Source of the DNA: an uncultured Fibrobacterota bacterium
GTDB taxonomy: Bacteria > Fibrobacterota > Chitinivibrionia > Chitinivibrionales > FEN-1185
Reading direction: 5' to 3'
Length of the DNA stretch: 38,323 nt
Assembly (NCBI GenBank): GCA_963753345.1
Contig: CAVWBU010000037.1
Location: forward strand, 1 to 38,323
Shown here: piece after piece, positions 1-10,362 of the stretch
How the letters are laid out: the number at the start of each line of letters is the position of its first letter
Numbering within the stretch: the stretch's first letter is position 1
The notes under the pieces: model-generated
What the model was told of the DNA's origin: nothing
The model's input: only the letters and a program-made list of their open reading frames with translations
Databases searched by the model: none
Made by a program: the position numbers and the translations under genes

Positions 1-708
1 CATCCCCCGCAATATCCTCTCCCTCATTATTTCCGACAACTTCGCTTTGTCAAGCGATGCGATCTCGGATGGCAGGATCGGGTCGCCGATCACGATGGTC
101 GCCGTGCCGGGCCTCAGCAGGCCGCTGTGTTTCGGAAGGATGTCGCGCGTGCCGCGGATGGTAAGGGGGACCACGGCGACGCCGGCCTCGAGCGCGAGCG
201 CGAAACTCCCGCGCTTGAACTCACCCATCTCGCCCGTAATGCTGCGCGTCCCTTCGGGAAACAGCACCAGCGAAATATTTTTGCGCTTGAGCATGGCGAT
301 GGCGCGCGTGATGGAACTGCGCGCGGCGCGCGCGTTGTCGCGGTCGATCCAGATATGACCGATGGCCGCAATCCCCCACCCGAAAAACGGGATGAAAAAC
401 AATTCCTTTTTAGCAATAAAGCTCAGGGCAAACGGAAGGCCCGTGTACAGCACCGGAATGTCGAAATAGCTCTGGTGGTTCGCGACAAAGACATATCGCT
501 CATTTCTGTCAAGTTTTTCCCCGCCCGTTATCTTCACCCGGATGCCGGACAGTGCCGTCAGGTGGACACACCACAAATGGGCAAAAAAGCGCGCAACCCT
601 GTTGCTGAAGGGTGCCGCGCACAGGGCGACCGTGCCGTACGCCACGGACGCTGCCGCCGCCCACACGCAGATTGCCGCGTTGTGAAGTGCGGTTACCATG
701 CCGTTCAT
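1..708 (-). CDS. plsC: 1-acyl-sn-glycerol-3-phosphate (lysophospholipid) acyltransferase, 3' end runs off the window
   Basis: Not in the ORF track because it has no stop in the window. Manual translation from ATG at 708 gives MNGMVTALHN...YVFVANHQSYFDIP...FIAKKELFFIPFFGW...WIDR...LFPEGTRS...FKRG, with the NHxxxxD and FPEGTRS acyltransferase motifs. ATGA overlap with the corrected dnaE stop. Confidence 0.9.
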   Translation of the reverse strand, partial: MNGMVTALHNAAICVWAAAASVAYGTVALCAAPFSNRVARFFAHLWCVHLTALSGIRVKITGGEKLDRNERYVFVANHQSYFDIPVLYTGLPFALSFIAKKELFFIPFFGWGIAAIGHIWIDRDNARAARSSITRAIAMLKRKNISLVLFPEGTRSITGEMGEFKRGSFALALEAGVAVVPLTIRGTRDILPKHSGLLRPGTATIVIGDPILPSEIASLDKAKLSEIMRERILRGM

Positions 709-3700
709 GCCGCGGCCTTGCTGATCCACACGTTTTCCTTTCCGACGCCTTTCTGAGCGACTCAATGGTTTCCTTTGCAGCGCTGAGCGTCACGTTCCTC
801 GCCTTCACGCGGTACTCGTTCTCCTCCTCGGTCAGCAGATGGAGCACAAGACTGCACTCGCCCGGCGTCCCGGCGCATTCGTCGTACAGGCCCTTTACAA
901 ACGTTTCCTCGAGGCCCTGCGTCTTGAGCCGCACGTGCACGCTCCGCGCGAGCTTGTCGCGCGTTTCCGAGAGCGCGATCACGTTGTCAACCTTGAGCTT
1001 CGGCTTCTTGTCGCCTTCCCGCACCGACACCTGTCCGCGCACGAGTATCATGGCGTCAAGCGCCAGCAGGTGCTTGAACTTCTCGAACGCGTCGCCGAAC
1101 GCGAGCAGCTCCATGGAGCCGTCGAAATCCTCGATTTCGAGAAACGCCATGGGCCTGCCGTCGCGCTGGACATGCGACTTTACCGACGTCACGATGCCGC
1201 CCACGGTGAGGTTCTGCCCCTCCCTCGCCTTCTCAAGCGATTCCAGCTTGAGGGAAATGTCGGCGAACCCGCGGATCTCGTCCTGGAACCGCTCCAGCGG
1301 GTGCCCGCTCACGTAGAAATTGAGCACCTCTTTCTCCTTTGCCAACAGCTCGTTGTAGGGCCACGGCTCCACCTCGGCAAGGGGCGGTTCCGGAGGCGCG
1401 CTCTGCGCGCCTTGCGCGCCTTGCGCAGACGAGTCGCCCGTGTCAAAGAGGCTCGTCTGGCCGGTCGCACGGTCCTTTTGGAACGAGCCGCCGTAATCGA
1501 TGGCCGCGTCGATGCTCGCGAACAGCTGGGCGCGCGTGCCCTTGAGGCAGTCGAGCGCGCCCGCGTACACCAGCGATTCGAGGCATTTCTTATTGACAAG
1601 ATGCAAATCGACCGAGGAGCACAGCTCGAAGAGACTGGAGAATTTTCCCTTTTTCTTCCGCGCGTCGAGGATCGAGACGGCGGCCTTGCCAACGTTCTTG
1701 ATGGTGCCGAGACCGAGCCGTATCCGTCCCTGGTCCATGGAGCAGGCGAAATCGCTGGCGTTTATATCGGGCGGCAGGATGCGGACGCCCATGCGCTCGG
1801 CCTCGTTCTTTATGGTGAGCACCTCGTCCTGGTCCTCAAGCAGGCTTGACAGGTTCGCGGTGAGGAACTCAAGCGGATAATGCGCCTTGAGGTACGCGCA
1901 CTGGTACGCCACGTGCGCGTAGACCGTGGCATGCGCCTTGTTGAAGGCGTATTCGGCGAACTTCGCCATGCGGTCAAAAATCTCTTCCGCCGCCTTCCCG
2001 CTTACCTTTTTCTTCGCCGCGCCCTCCATGAACTTCTTGCGCATGGCCTCCATCTTGTCAACGTCCTTCTTGCTCATCGCCTTCCGGAGGATGTCGGCCT
2101 GGCCCAGAGTGAAGCCGCCCATTTCCTGCGCGATGCGCATCACCTGCTCCTGGTACACGATCACGCCGTAGGTGATCCTGAGGATCTCCTCGATGAGCGG
2201 GTGTTTGTACTCCACCTTTTCCCTGCCGTGCTTGCGATGGATGTAGACCGGGATCTCCTCCATGGGGCCGGGGCGGTAAAGCGCATTCATGGCGATGAGG
2301 TCGTCCATACCGTCCGGCTTGAGCTTCCTCAGGTTGTCCTGCATGCCCTGCGATTCGAACTGGAACACGCCCACGGTTTCCCCTCTGCCAAGCAGGGCCA
2401 TGGTTTCGGGATCGCGGTCGGGCAGCTTCCACAGGTCGATCGCAGGCCCGCCGTTGTCCCTGATAAGCTTGAGCGTGTCCTGGAGGATGGTGAGGGTGAT
2501 GAGGCCGAGGAAGTCCATCTTGATGAGCCCGACCTCCTTCACGTCATTCATGTCGAACTGCGTCATGACCACGCCGGTGTCGGGCTGTTTGAACAGCGGC
2601 GCCCAGTTGACCACCGGCCCGGGCGCGATGATCACGCCGGCGGCGTGCATGCCCGCCTGGCGCGTGAGCCCTTCGAGCGCGCGCGCGTGGCGGAAAAGGT
2701 CTGCGTATTTCGGGTTGGTCCTCACGGCGGCCGCAAGCTCGCCGTTGTTCGACAGCGACGTGGAAAGGTCCTTATCGACCATGCCCGCAAGTTTCCCGGC
2801 CTCGGCGACCGAGATCCCCATGACGCGCGCCACGTCGCGCACCACCATCTTGCCCTTCATGCGGCCGAAGTTGATGATCTGGCTCACCGAATCGCGCCCG
2901 TATTTGTCAATCACGTATTCGATGATCGTGTGCCGATCGCGGTCGGCAAAGTCGATGTCGGCGTCGGGCATGTCGATGCGCTCCGGGTTGAGGAACCGCT
3001 CGAACAGCAGGTCGAACTTGATGGGATCGACGTCGGTGATGCCGATTGCATATGCAACAAGGCTTCCCGCGGCCGACCCGCGGCAGCCGGTCATGATGCC
3101 GCGTTCCCGGGCGGCGTGGACGAAATCGTAGACAATAAGGAAATACCCCTCGAAGCCCATTTTGCAGATGACGCCGAGCTCGAAGCCGAGCCGGTCCTCG
3201 ATTCCCTGCGTGACGTGCGGGTACTTCTCTTTGAGCCCGGAGCGCGCAAGGTGCGTCAGGTATTCGGCCTCGTTTGCAAATCCGGGAGGAACTGAGGTCT
3301 TGGGCAGCTGCGCGGGCACCTTGAGGTCCACGCTGCAGCGCTCGGCAATGGCGATGGTGTTGGCAAGCGCCTCGGGAATGTCCGGGAAGAGCGCGGCCAT
3401 CTCCGCGGGCGACTTGAAATAGACCTGGTCGGAACCGAAGCGGAACCTGCCCGGGTCGTCCATGGTGGTCTGGGTCTGGATGCACAGCAGGACTTCGTGG
3501 GAGTCGGCGTCTTCTCTGTTAAGATAGTGCGCGTCGTTGGCGACGATGAACGGGACGTTCATGCGCCTGCCGAGCTTGATGAGCTCGTCGAACGCCACGA
3601 TCTCCCGGTCGATGCCGTGGTTCTGCAGCTCGAAGTAGAAGTTCTCTTTTCCGAAAATGTCAATGTACTCCTCGGTAAGGGCCTGCGCCTTCTTCACATC

Positions 3701-4159
3701 GCCCGCGAGCAGCGCGCGCGGGATGGCGCCCGCCACGCAGGCGCTCGTGGCGATGAGCCCGGCCGAATACTTCCTCAGCACTTCCATGTCGATGCGGGGC
3801 TTATAATAGAACCCTTCGAGGTAGCCGATGCTCGAAAGCTGCATGAGGTTTTTGTAGCCCTCGTTGTTGCGCGCGAGAAGGATGAGGTGGTGGTAGTTTT
3901 CCTCGCCGGTCTTGGCCTTGTCAAGCCGCGACTGCGGCGCAACATACGCCTCGAAGCCGATGATCGGCTTGATGCCTTCGGCAAGGCAGGCGTTGAAGAA
4001 CTCGACCGCGCCGAACAGGCCGCCGTGGTCGGTGATGGCGAGCGCCGGCATGCCGAACTCCTTCGCCTTTGCCACGAGGTTCTTGATCCGTATCGCGCCG
4101 TCGAGAAAGCTGTATTCGGTGTGATTGTGCAGGTGGACGAAATTGCTTCGTTTGCTCAT
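705..4159 (-). CDS. dnaE: DNA polymerase III alpha subunit (as read, the ORF runs on to 509 because of a 1-nt frameshift near 748)
   Basis: PHP motif FVHLHNHTEYSFLDGA, AITDHG, RGSAAGS, FERFLNPER..MPDADIDF, FNKAHA, C-terminal OB fold. Restoring one base near 748 gives ...VGKENVWISKAAA* ending at TGA 705-707, which overlaps the plsC ATG. Confidence 0.97.
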
Positions 4160-5971
4160 GGCGCCCCCACTCCGATTTTCGCGATCTTCCTGACGAGGAA
4201 TGTCTTCCGCGCCTTTTTCGGCCCGGTCTCGGCCTCAAGCAGCGGCTCCTGCGCCTTGTGCACCGCAACCGGCCGCACCTGGTAGGTTCCGGTCCTCACG
4301 CGAGGGCTGCCCAGGTACTCGATGGTGGCATTCTGTCCCATGAGGACCGCGTAGTCCAACACGTGAAGCATGTCGTTTATGTCAAGTTCCTTGAGCCGCT
4401 CCCCGTACTTTCCCGTCCGCACCGGACGTGCGGGCGTTCCTTCGACATCCGGTTCAAACGCTACGACCGGCACCACGCGCCGCGGCTCTTCGGGGAACAG
4501 TTCCGGCGGCGCGTCCCGGACTTCGGCCGCGGTCTCGCCGGGTTCGCGCGGGTCGAATCCCATCCCCGAAAGGATCCTCCGCACTTCGGCCTCGCTTCCG
4601 TGCCGTATTGAGAAAATGCTGTCCGGACGGGCCGGTGTCACCAGTTTTTTGAGCGGTTCGTACGACAGTATCTGCCGGGACGCCTTCACGTCGAACGAAA
4701 CCACGCAGGCGTGCGAGGTGACGTGCAACCGGGAGAACTCACGGATCCACTCCCGTGCGGTCTCGACCACGTTGCGCGGGGCTTTCCACGCGGCGAGCCG
4801 GTCCGCAAGGCCCTTGCCGTCGACGCCGTCGCTGAGGGAATTGTTGATGATGTCGCGCCGTATGGTGCCTTTGTAAACCCTGTCGAACGACGAAATTTCT
4901 CCCACCCGCGTGAACCAGTAGAGTTCCTCGGGCAGGATTTCCTGCGACAGGACCGCGGAGAAATCCGGCAGCAGGGTCACGCGGTTCTCCGGAAGCTCCT
5001 TTACAAGAGACGCAAGGTCGCGCTTCGGCGCCGACGTGAACGTTATGCTCCCGGATTTTTTGCATGCGTCAAGATACCCGCAGTACCACAGCACGGCCGC
5101 GCACGTCCCCGCCTCCTTTTTCGCCGCGGGCGGGAACCCCGCCGTGGAAAGCGCGCGACCTGCGGCGCGGTCGAACATCCCGTCCATCACCGGCCGACTC
5201 CAGAGAAGGCCGTTGTCAAACGCGAACTCGCAGAAATCGGCATGCCGGGCTTCAAGGGGACGCGCGAGCCATTCGGCAACCGCGCGGTGTGGGGCCGTGT
5301 ACGATTCCTCGGATTCCGCAAGCAACCCGCGTTCCGTTGCATACGAAAGCAGCAGCGAAATGCAGGCCGCGCGCGGCTCTGCGGGCCAGTCTTCGTCGGC
5401 CGGAAGATCGTGGGACGCGTGGAGAAAGGTGCGCAGGCAGGTTCCTGCAGTCTTGGAAAGCTCTCCTTTTTTCGTCCTTTGGAGCTTTCCGAGCAGCGCA
5501 AGGGCAACGCACATCACGACGTCGGTGAGACAGTACCACGGCAGCGGCGCCCGGCAGGCCAGCGGCGTGGCAACCGCGGCGGCTCCGGCAAGCGTCTCCG
5601 CGGCAAGCGCCGCGAGCTTCGGCTCGAGCTCGGGAAATCCGACATAGCGGTACGACGGGGATACCGTCCCGTCTTTTTCGGCGAACACGAGGAAGGACGA
5701 CAGGAGCTCATCCGCAAATCCCCGCAGCCCTGGTGCTGGCACGCCCCTTTCGCCCGCAAGATAAACGGCCGCGCACATGAGGCGCGCGCTCAGGAGACAG
5801 CTCACCGAATGCCGCACGAACCGACTGGTCTGCCGTAAACCGGCGCGCCGCATCGTGAATGAGCGATGATGAAAGGATTTTCCGATTGCGGTCGGCGCGG
5901 GTGAGAAACTTTTCGAATATCAGGTCTGCAGGAAGCAGGCCGAGGTATTCTTCAAACGAAGGAAGGAGCAT
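4156..5971 (-). CDS. Helicase-associated (XPB/Ssl2 N-terminal, Helicase_C_3-like) domain protein with a possible C-terminal WYL-like domain; frameshift near 5785
   Basis: The segment LLPDFSAVL...YKGTIRRDIINNSLSDGVDGKGLADRLAAWKAPRNVVETAREW resembles Helicase_C_3. The N-terminus MLLPSFEEYL (ATG 5971) lies in ORF 5708..6157 and joins ORF 4156..5853. ATGA overlap with the dnaE start. Confidence 0.65.
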
Positions 5972-6129
5972 GATGATGCCGGGTTCCCTTTGGACCGATA
6001 CGGGTGAGATGCGGTCGGCCGACTGCAAAAATAGTATATACGGCGCGGGTCGTGGCATTCTCGGACGCTCGAACCGCGCCGGTCTCGCGCCGCTTGTGCA
6101 AACGGGAAACGGCTCGTATTTTTGATGCG

Positions 6130-6845
6130 ATGAACATTTCAATGCATCAACAGGCAACAGGTATCTGCGCGACTCGTTTACCGCTGTTGTTGTGATTTCC
6201 CTGCTGTTTCACGTAGTGTTTATCATAGGAATCATGGGGCTTTCCAAGGCAATGTACACGTCCCGCGAGTACGAACGGCCGCCCACATTCGATCTTGTCA
6301 AGTTGTCGCAGATCTTCGAAATCCCGCCCGAGCTGAAACAGGCCGCAGCGCCGAAACTGCACACCGCATCGCGCCAGGCCCGCGCCCGCCCCGACCTCGG
6401 CCGCACCGCCGCAGCCCGCGCCCGTCGAAGAAAAGACCCCCGTGCCGAGCGAGCAGAAAACCGCTGCGCCGACCCAGCCCCAGCCGGCTGCTCCGCAGGC
6501 GCCTTCGGGCGGACCGCCAGGCCCGGCGACCGAGGCTCCGGTGTCGACCGACAACGTTTACGAAGCGGGAATGATCGACGAAGCGCCGGTCTTTCCAAGA
6601 AAGTGGAGCCTTTTTATCCGGAATTCGTGAAGGACCAGGGCATTTCCGGCGTCGTGCGCGCGCAGGTCACCATAGACGAAAAAGGCAATGTCATGGAAGT
6701 GAAAATTCTCAACTCGCCGCACGAACTGCTCACCGACGAAGTCATGAAGGCCGTGAGCAGGTGGAAATACAAGCCGGGGAAGTTTAAGGGCGTTGCGGTG
6801 AAGGTGAGGAACAGGCCTATTGAGATTGAGTTCAGGCTGGATTGA
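6130..6845 (+). CDS. tonB: Energy transducer TonB family protein (2-3 apparent frameshifts)
   Basis: N-terminal TM with SLLFH. The Pro-rich linker is in the +1 frame (ORF 6442..6630: PTQPQPAAPQAP...MIDEAPVF). TonB_C domain PFYPEFVKDQGISGVVRAQVTIDEKGNV...WKYKPGK...IEFRL. Start uncertain (6130 ATG or 6192 GTG). Confidence 0.85.
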
Positions 6846-6867
6846 ATATCAGTTTAATAAAAAAGAA

Positions 6868-7007
6868 TTGGGCGTTCCCCCGCTGCGCGGGGTCGGTCTC
6901 CCTCCGGGCTCGGCTGTTCGCCTCGTTGCCGGACCGCCCTATGCCTTGCGGCCGGGTCGGCCGGCAATTCGCTCTTGCTCACCCTCCGGTCCACCTAACG
7001 CGCGGCA
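6868..7007 (+). repeat. Family-1 structured intergenic repeat (Flavo-1-like), copy 1
   Basis: TTGGGCGTT-hairpin-GGTCTCCCTCCGGGCTCGGCT...hairpin...GGTCCACCTAACGCGCGGCA; aligns by eye with 24019-24175(-) and 25355-25500(+). Confidence 0.85.
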
Positions 7008-7079
7008 ACAGAACTCTTATAAGTCAATCCAACCAATCTGCGCCCGTTGAATTCTCATGAAGAAATTTTAAAGATCTTC

Positions 7080-7119
7080 TTGAACTTTTCAACTCTTCAA
7101 CCTTTCAACTATTCAACTA
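7080..7119. repeat. Imperfect 8-mer tandem repeat (TTCAACTN) x5
   Basis: ttgaactt ttcaactc ttcaacct ttcaacta ttcaacta. Confidence 0.75.
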
Positions 7120-7133
7120 TTTTTTTGCCGCCG

Positions 7134-7253
7134 CTCTTCGTGGGTGCCCCCACACAGGTGCTTGATTCTTGCAACTGCTCCCTCTAGGGGTGCACCCAGG
7201 AGGGGGTGACGGAGGACGCCGAAGCCGGCCGTAGGCAGGGGGAAACTTCCCCC
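7134..7253 (+). repeat. Family-2 structured intergenic repeat, copy A
   Basis: CTCTTCGTGGGTGCCCCC...TTGATTCTTGC...CTAGGGGTGCACCCAGGAGGGGG...AGGGGGAAACTTCCCCC; homologous to 20899-21054(-), 25601-25739(+) and 36568-36717(-). Confidence 0.85.
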
Positions 7254-7363
7254 ACATAATTATTTCTTGTTTTTGACAAATGACTTAATGGCCTCGCTCG
7301 GGTGTGCGACCGCGCTCGCGCGCGGCCGGAACCCGGAGGCAGAACCGTTTCGCGGCACCCACT

Positions 7364-8605
7364 TTACTCCCCCTGTTTTATCGACGGTGCAAAATCCGCG
7401 TTGTATCTTTTCCGCAGGAAACCGACGTTGAGCGTGAATCCGATTTGGAAGCTTTGGCTTGAAGGCTCGAGAAAAGCCGCTTTTATCGAAGTGAAACCGT
7501 CGGATATCGTCGCCGAATCGGTGTTGCTTTTTCCGAAACCGTATAACAGGCCGAACAGCGCGAACGTGAGCGACGTTCGCTCGTTTACCCGCACCTGAAG
7601 AAACGTTTCGAGCCTGTACGATACGCGATTGCCCAGGGTCACGGCAGGATAGTCGTAGGTGATGCTCGAGCTCGCGTCGCTCTGCTCGATTTGCATCTGG
7701 CCGAAAAACATGAACTCGATGCGCGGCTCGATGCCGAGTACGGTCCTGGAAGAAATGGGATGCGCAATTATCGCTCCCAGAGGAACGCTTAACCAGTAAT
7801 AGGTTTCAGACGAGCTGACCGAGGAACCGGACTCATCAGGCGACGTTGAGGATTGGGTCATGTCGCGAATCCACAGCTTGCCGTCCAGACCAGTATACGC
7901 CACGCAGCTCCATCGCGCGGGTGAAAACGTGTAGCCGATGTCGCATGATCCGAACAGGAAAATGTTGCTCTTCTGCATGACGACCGGCGTAAATTCCAGG
8001 ACAGCCCCGGTCGACCCGCTGTCGTAGGCTCCTGCCGAGGAGCCGTCATAGGTGTTGTTCAAACCCAGCAGCAGGGCGACCTGGGGGCGGATGAACAAAT
8101 TCGGTTTCCGCAGGTAATGGGGCATCTGCAGCCGGACGCCGACCACAGCTCCGTACTCGCTGCTCTTGGGAGTTCCCACGACAACAGGAGATGTCCCGTA
8201 CTGATCACGATACCACTGGACCATCTGGCTTACGTCGATGTTCTCGTTATAGTAGAAATAGCTGAGCCACGGCCCCACCGAAATGACTTTCCTGTAGTCG
8301 AACAAGGAAAAATCCGGCAGACGCCCCGGCGGCGTCTCTGTATGTGCCGCGACTGGCTCCTCAGGCTCGACCGCAGGCTGCGTCGGCAGGGCGCTCGCGG
8401 CGGAATCGGCTTCAGGTTTCGCCGGTGACGGCGCGCGGGCCGCGGTGTCTGACGATTTCGGCGTCAGCTCGATAATGGTCGGCAGGTCATTTGATGCCGA
8501 ATCGGCCCGTGAAAGATTCCTTCGGCCGCCCTGTTGGGCAATGCCTGACAACACAAGAGCAATGACCATCGAGCATGCGGTTGTCGCATGACGCGCATGG
8601 AGCAT
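7364..8605 (-). CDS. Hypothetical secreted protein, probable outer-membrane beta-barrel
   Basis: 413-aa ORF with a signal-like N-terminus, a Pro/Ala linker, then alternating aromatic/hydrophobic strands (e.g. FQIGFTLNVGF). Confidence 0.6.
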   Translation of the reverse strand: MLHARHATTACSMVIALVLSGIAQQGGRRNLSRADSASNDLPTIIELTPKSSDTAARAPSPAKPEADSAASALPTQPAVEPEEPVAAHTETPPGRLPDFSLFDYRKVISVGPWLSYFYYNENIDVSQMVQWYRDQYGTSPVVVGTPKSSEYGAVVGVRLQMPHYLRKPNLFIRPQVALLLGLNNTYDGSSAGAYDSGSTGAVLEFTPVVMQKSNIFLFGSCDIGYTFSPARWSCVAYTGLDGKLWIRDMTQSSTSPDESGSSVSSSETYYWLSVPLGAIIAHPISSRTVLGIEPRIEFMFFGQMQIEQSDASSSITYDYPAVTLGNRVSYRLETFLQVRVNERTSLTFALFGLLYGFGKSNTDSATISDGFTSIKAAFLEPSSQSFQIGFTLNVGFLRKRYNADFAPSIKQGE

Positions 8606-8751
8606 GGGGCTTCCTCTGGTGAAGCGGTTCGGCGGCGGTGTGAGGAACTTGCGGAAAGAACACGAACAGGCGCAGCCTTGACTTCAGAAAATATTCTAAG
8701 ATGCGTGCGGTTGAAAAGCAAGGGAAAAAGTGGCCGCAGAGCCCGGCAGAA

Positions 8752-9258
8752 TCATCGCTGCTTGCTCCTCGCCTTCTCCCACCACAGTCCGGCAAACTCC
8801 CACAGCATTTTTGCATCCTTGACAAACACAAGGTGGGCTCCTTCCATCCCGCACAATGCCCTGCACACGATTTCCACCCTGTGTTTTCCCGCGATGTTCA
8901 CCTGCGAAAAATCCGATTCCGCAACCGGGTATGCGGCCCGGTTGAAGTCCACGCCGCAGTCCGAGGCAAGGGACGAGGCTGCATTGTCGGGCGCAACCGT
9001 GCGGAACTTCTTTTCGTACGGGTAATACCCGTCGGGCCGGACCATGAAGTTCTTCGTGTCCTTCAGCAGTTTCCTGTCGCTCCTGACATCGGCCATGAAA
9101 TAGCGGAACGTTTTCCCCTGGATGAGCGAAACGAGGTGCGCGGAGTCTCGATTGATAATGCACCGGATGACCGAATGCGTGAGCGTATCGTAGTTGTCAA
9201 CCGCGAACGCGCCGACTGCGGCGAAAAGCGTTGCAAGAAACATTAGACGGAATTGCAT
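8752..9258 (-). CDS. Hypothetical secreted protein
   Basis: 168-aa ORF with signal peptide MQFRLMFLATLFAAVGAFA and a GGGGAG RBS upstream. Confidence 0.65.
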   Translation of the reverse strand: MQFRLMFLATLFAAVGAFAVDNYDTLTHSVIRCIINRDSAHLVSLIQGKTFRYFMADVRSDRKLLKDTKNFMVRPDGYYPYEKKFRTVAPDNAASSLASDCGVDFNRAAYPVAESDFSQVNIAGKHRVEIVCRALCGMEGAHLVFVKDAKMLWEFAGLWWEKARSKQR

Positions 9259-9310
9259 GGCGGTACTCCCCCGTGGAATTGGATTCTGCTGCCTTCAACG
9301 TTCAACCTCG

Positions 9311-10207
9311 TTACCCGCGCGAACTCGGGGCCCCGAACATGCCCGAACCAGAGCCGGCGCCGTGCCCGAACAGCCCTTCGGAGCGCTCCGCGGCCGCTCC
9401 GAACCTCTTTTCGCTCGCGCCGGGAGCCAGATTGTGGCCGCCTGCGGACATGCGGAGGAGTTCGTCGGTGGCTGGGGCCGTCCAGTCTTTGTCATTAACG
9501 GAACTCGGGCCGGACTGCGGTACGTTGACAACATTGGAACGGACTGCGAGCAGAAACTTTCCTTCCGGCGTGAGAAACCCGCATTCGACGATGTAGGTCC
9601 TTGCGGATTCAGGAACGCGGATGTACCAGTTGCTGGCGAATTCGTTGATCTCGATGTCGACGTAGCTTAGCGCGTTGGTGCCGTCGTAATTAATGCCGGT
9701 GACGTCGCACAGGCGCAAGAGTTTCTTTGCCGAGGCAAACGCCGCCTCTCCCATCCTGCTCTTGAGCGAATCCCTCGTCTTCCCGGTTATTTCCCAGTAG
9801 ACAAACAGCCATTCCGGGTCGCGCGGCATGGCGCGCATGTAGGTTTCGTTGTAGGAATCGGGAACGTCGGCCCGGAAGAAGTACTTGGGGCCCGACATTC
9901 GCGGTTTTGCAGGTGCCGCTTGAGACTGGCGTATTGATGATTGCCTGACGTTTACGGGAATCGGCACGGATGCGTCCGGAGACGCTTTTGTCATCGATCT
10001 TTTCACAACGGGCGCAACCGATTTCTTTATCAACTTCCGTTTCGGGGGCTCCCGTCTGGGCGCAGCAGGCTTTTGTGCCGGACGCGGCTTCTTTGATTTT
10101 GCCGCCGCCTTCGGAGGGCGTGAAGGGATGGGTTTCTTCCTGATTGACATCGATGAAATTTTTACGGCACGTTTTCTTTTCGAAGTCATGGATTTTTTCT
10201 TTGCCAT
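9311..10207 (-). CDS. DUF4912 domain protein with Lys/Pro-rich N-terminus
   Basis: PDSYNETYMRAMPRDPEWLFVYWEI...LRLCDVTG...NWYIRVP....Y.VECGF......RSN.V matches the DUF4912 pattern. ATG 10207 is preceded by GGGAGG. Confidence 0.8.
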   Translation of the reverse strand: MAKKKSMTSKRKRAVKISSMSIRKKPIPSRPPKAAAKSKKPRPAQKPAAPRREPPKRKLIKKSVAPVVKRSMTKASPDASVPIPVNVRQSSIRQSQAAPAKPRMSGPKYFFRADVPDSYNETYMRAMPRDPEWLFVYWEITGKTRDSLKSRMGEAAFASAKKLLRLCDVTGINYDGTNALSYVDIEINEFASNWYIRVPESARTYIVECGFLTPEGKFLLAVRSNVVNVPQSGPSSVNDKDWTAPATDELLRMSAGGHNLAPGASEKRFGAAAERSEGLFGHGAGSGSGMFGAPSSRG

Positions 10208-10362
10208 AGCCAGCCTCCCTATTTGAGCAGAGCGGGGCAGCACCACAACGGTGTGCTGTTCACATCCGGCAATCAAACGCTCGCCATCTTCCTAGGAACT
10301 CACTTAGAAATTAAATAGCGACGCATCGGAGGACAATGCCTATTTGTGATTTGGTTCAGGCC

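Noticed and set aside
509-704. C-terminal extension of DnaE (1216-aa ORF) or a programmed frameshift
   Set aside because: The extension is non-DnaE-like and overlaps plsC. One added base gives a normal end with an ATGA overlap, and similar indels occur throughout the window, so an error is more likely.
1397-1427. 9-bp tandem repeat in dnaE
   Set aside because: In-frame AQG-AQG-AQS expansion in the variable linker before the OB fold; unremarkable.
839-5838. Long + strand ORFs (839..1849, 1880..3295, 3497..4285, 4711..5838)
   Set aside because: Antisense shadows of dnaE and its upstream gene, expected from high-GC codon bias; no recognisable motifs.
6820-7060. Similar small ORFs at 6820/6842, 23718-24254, 25403 and 34098-34375 (e.g. 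'GRQFALAHPPVHLTR')
   Set aside because: Their similarity comes from family-1 DNA repeats; reading frames are not preserved between copies.
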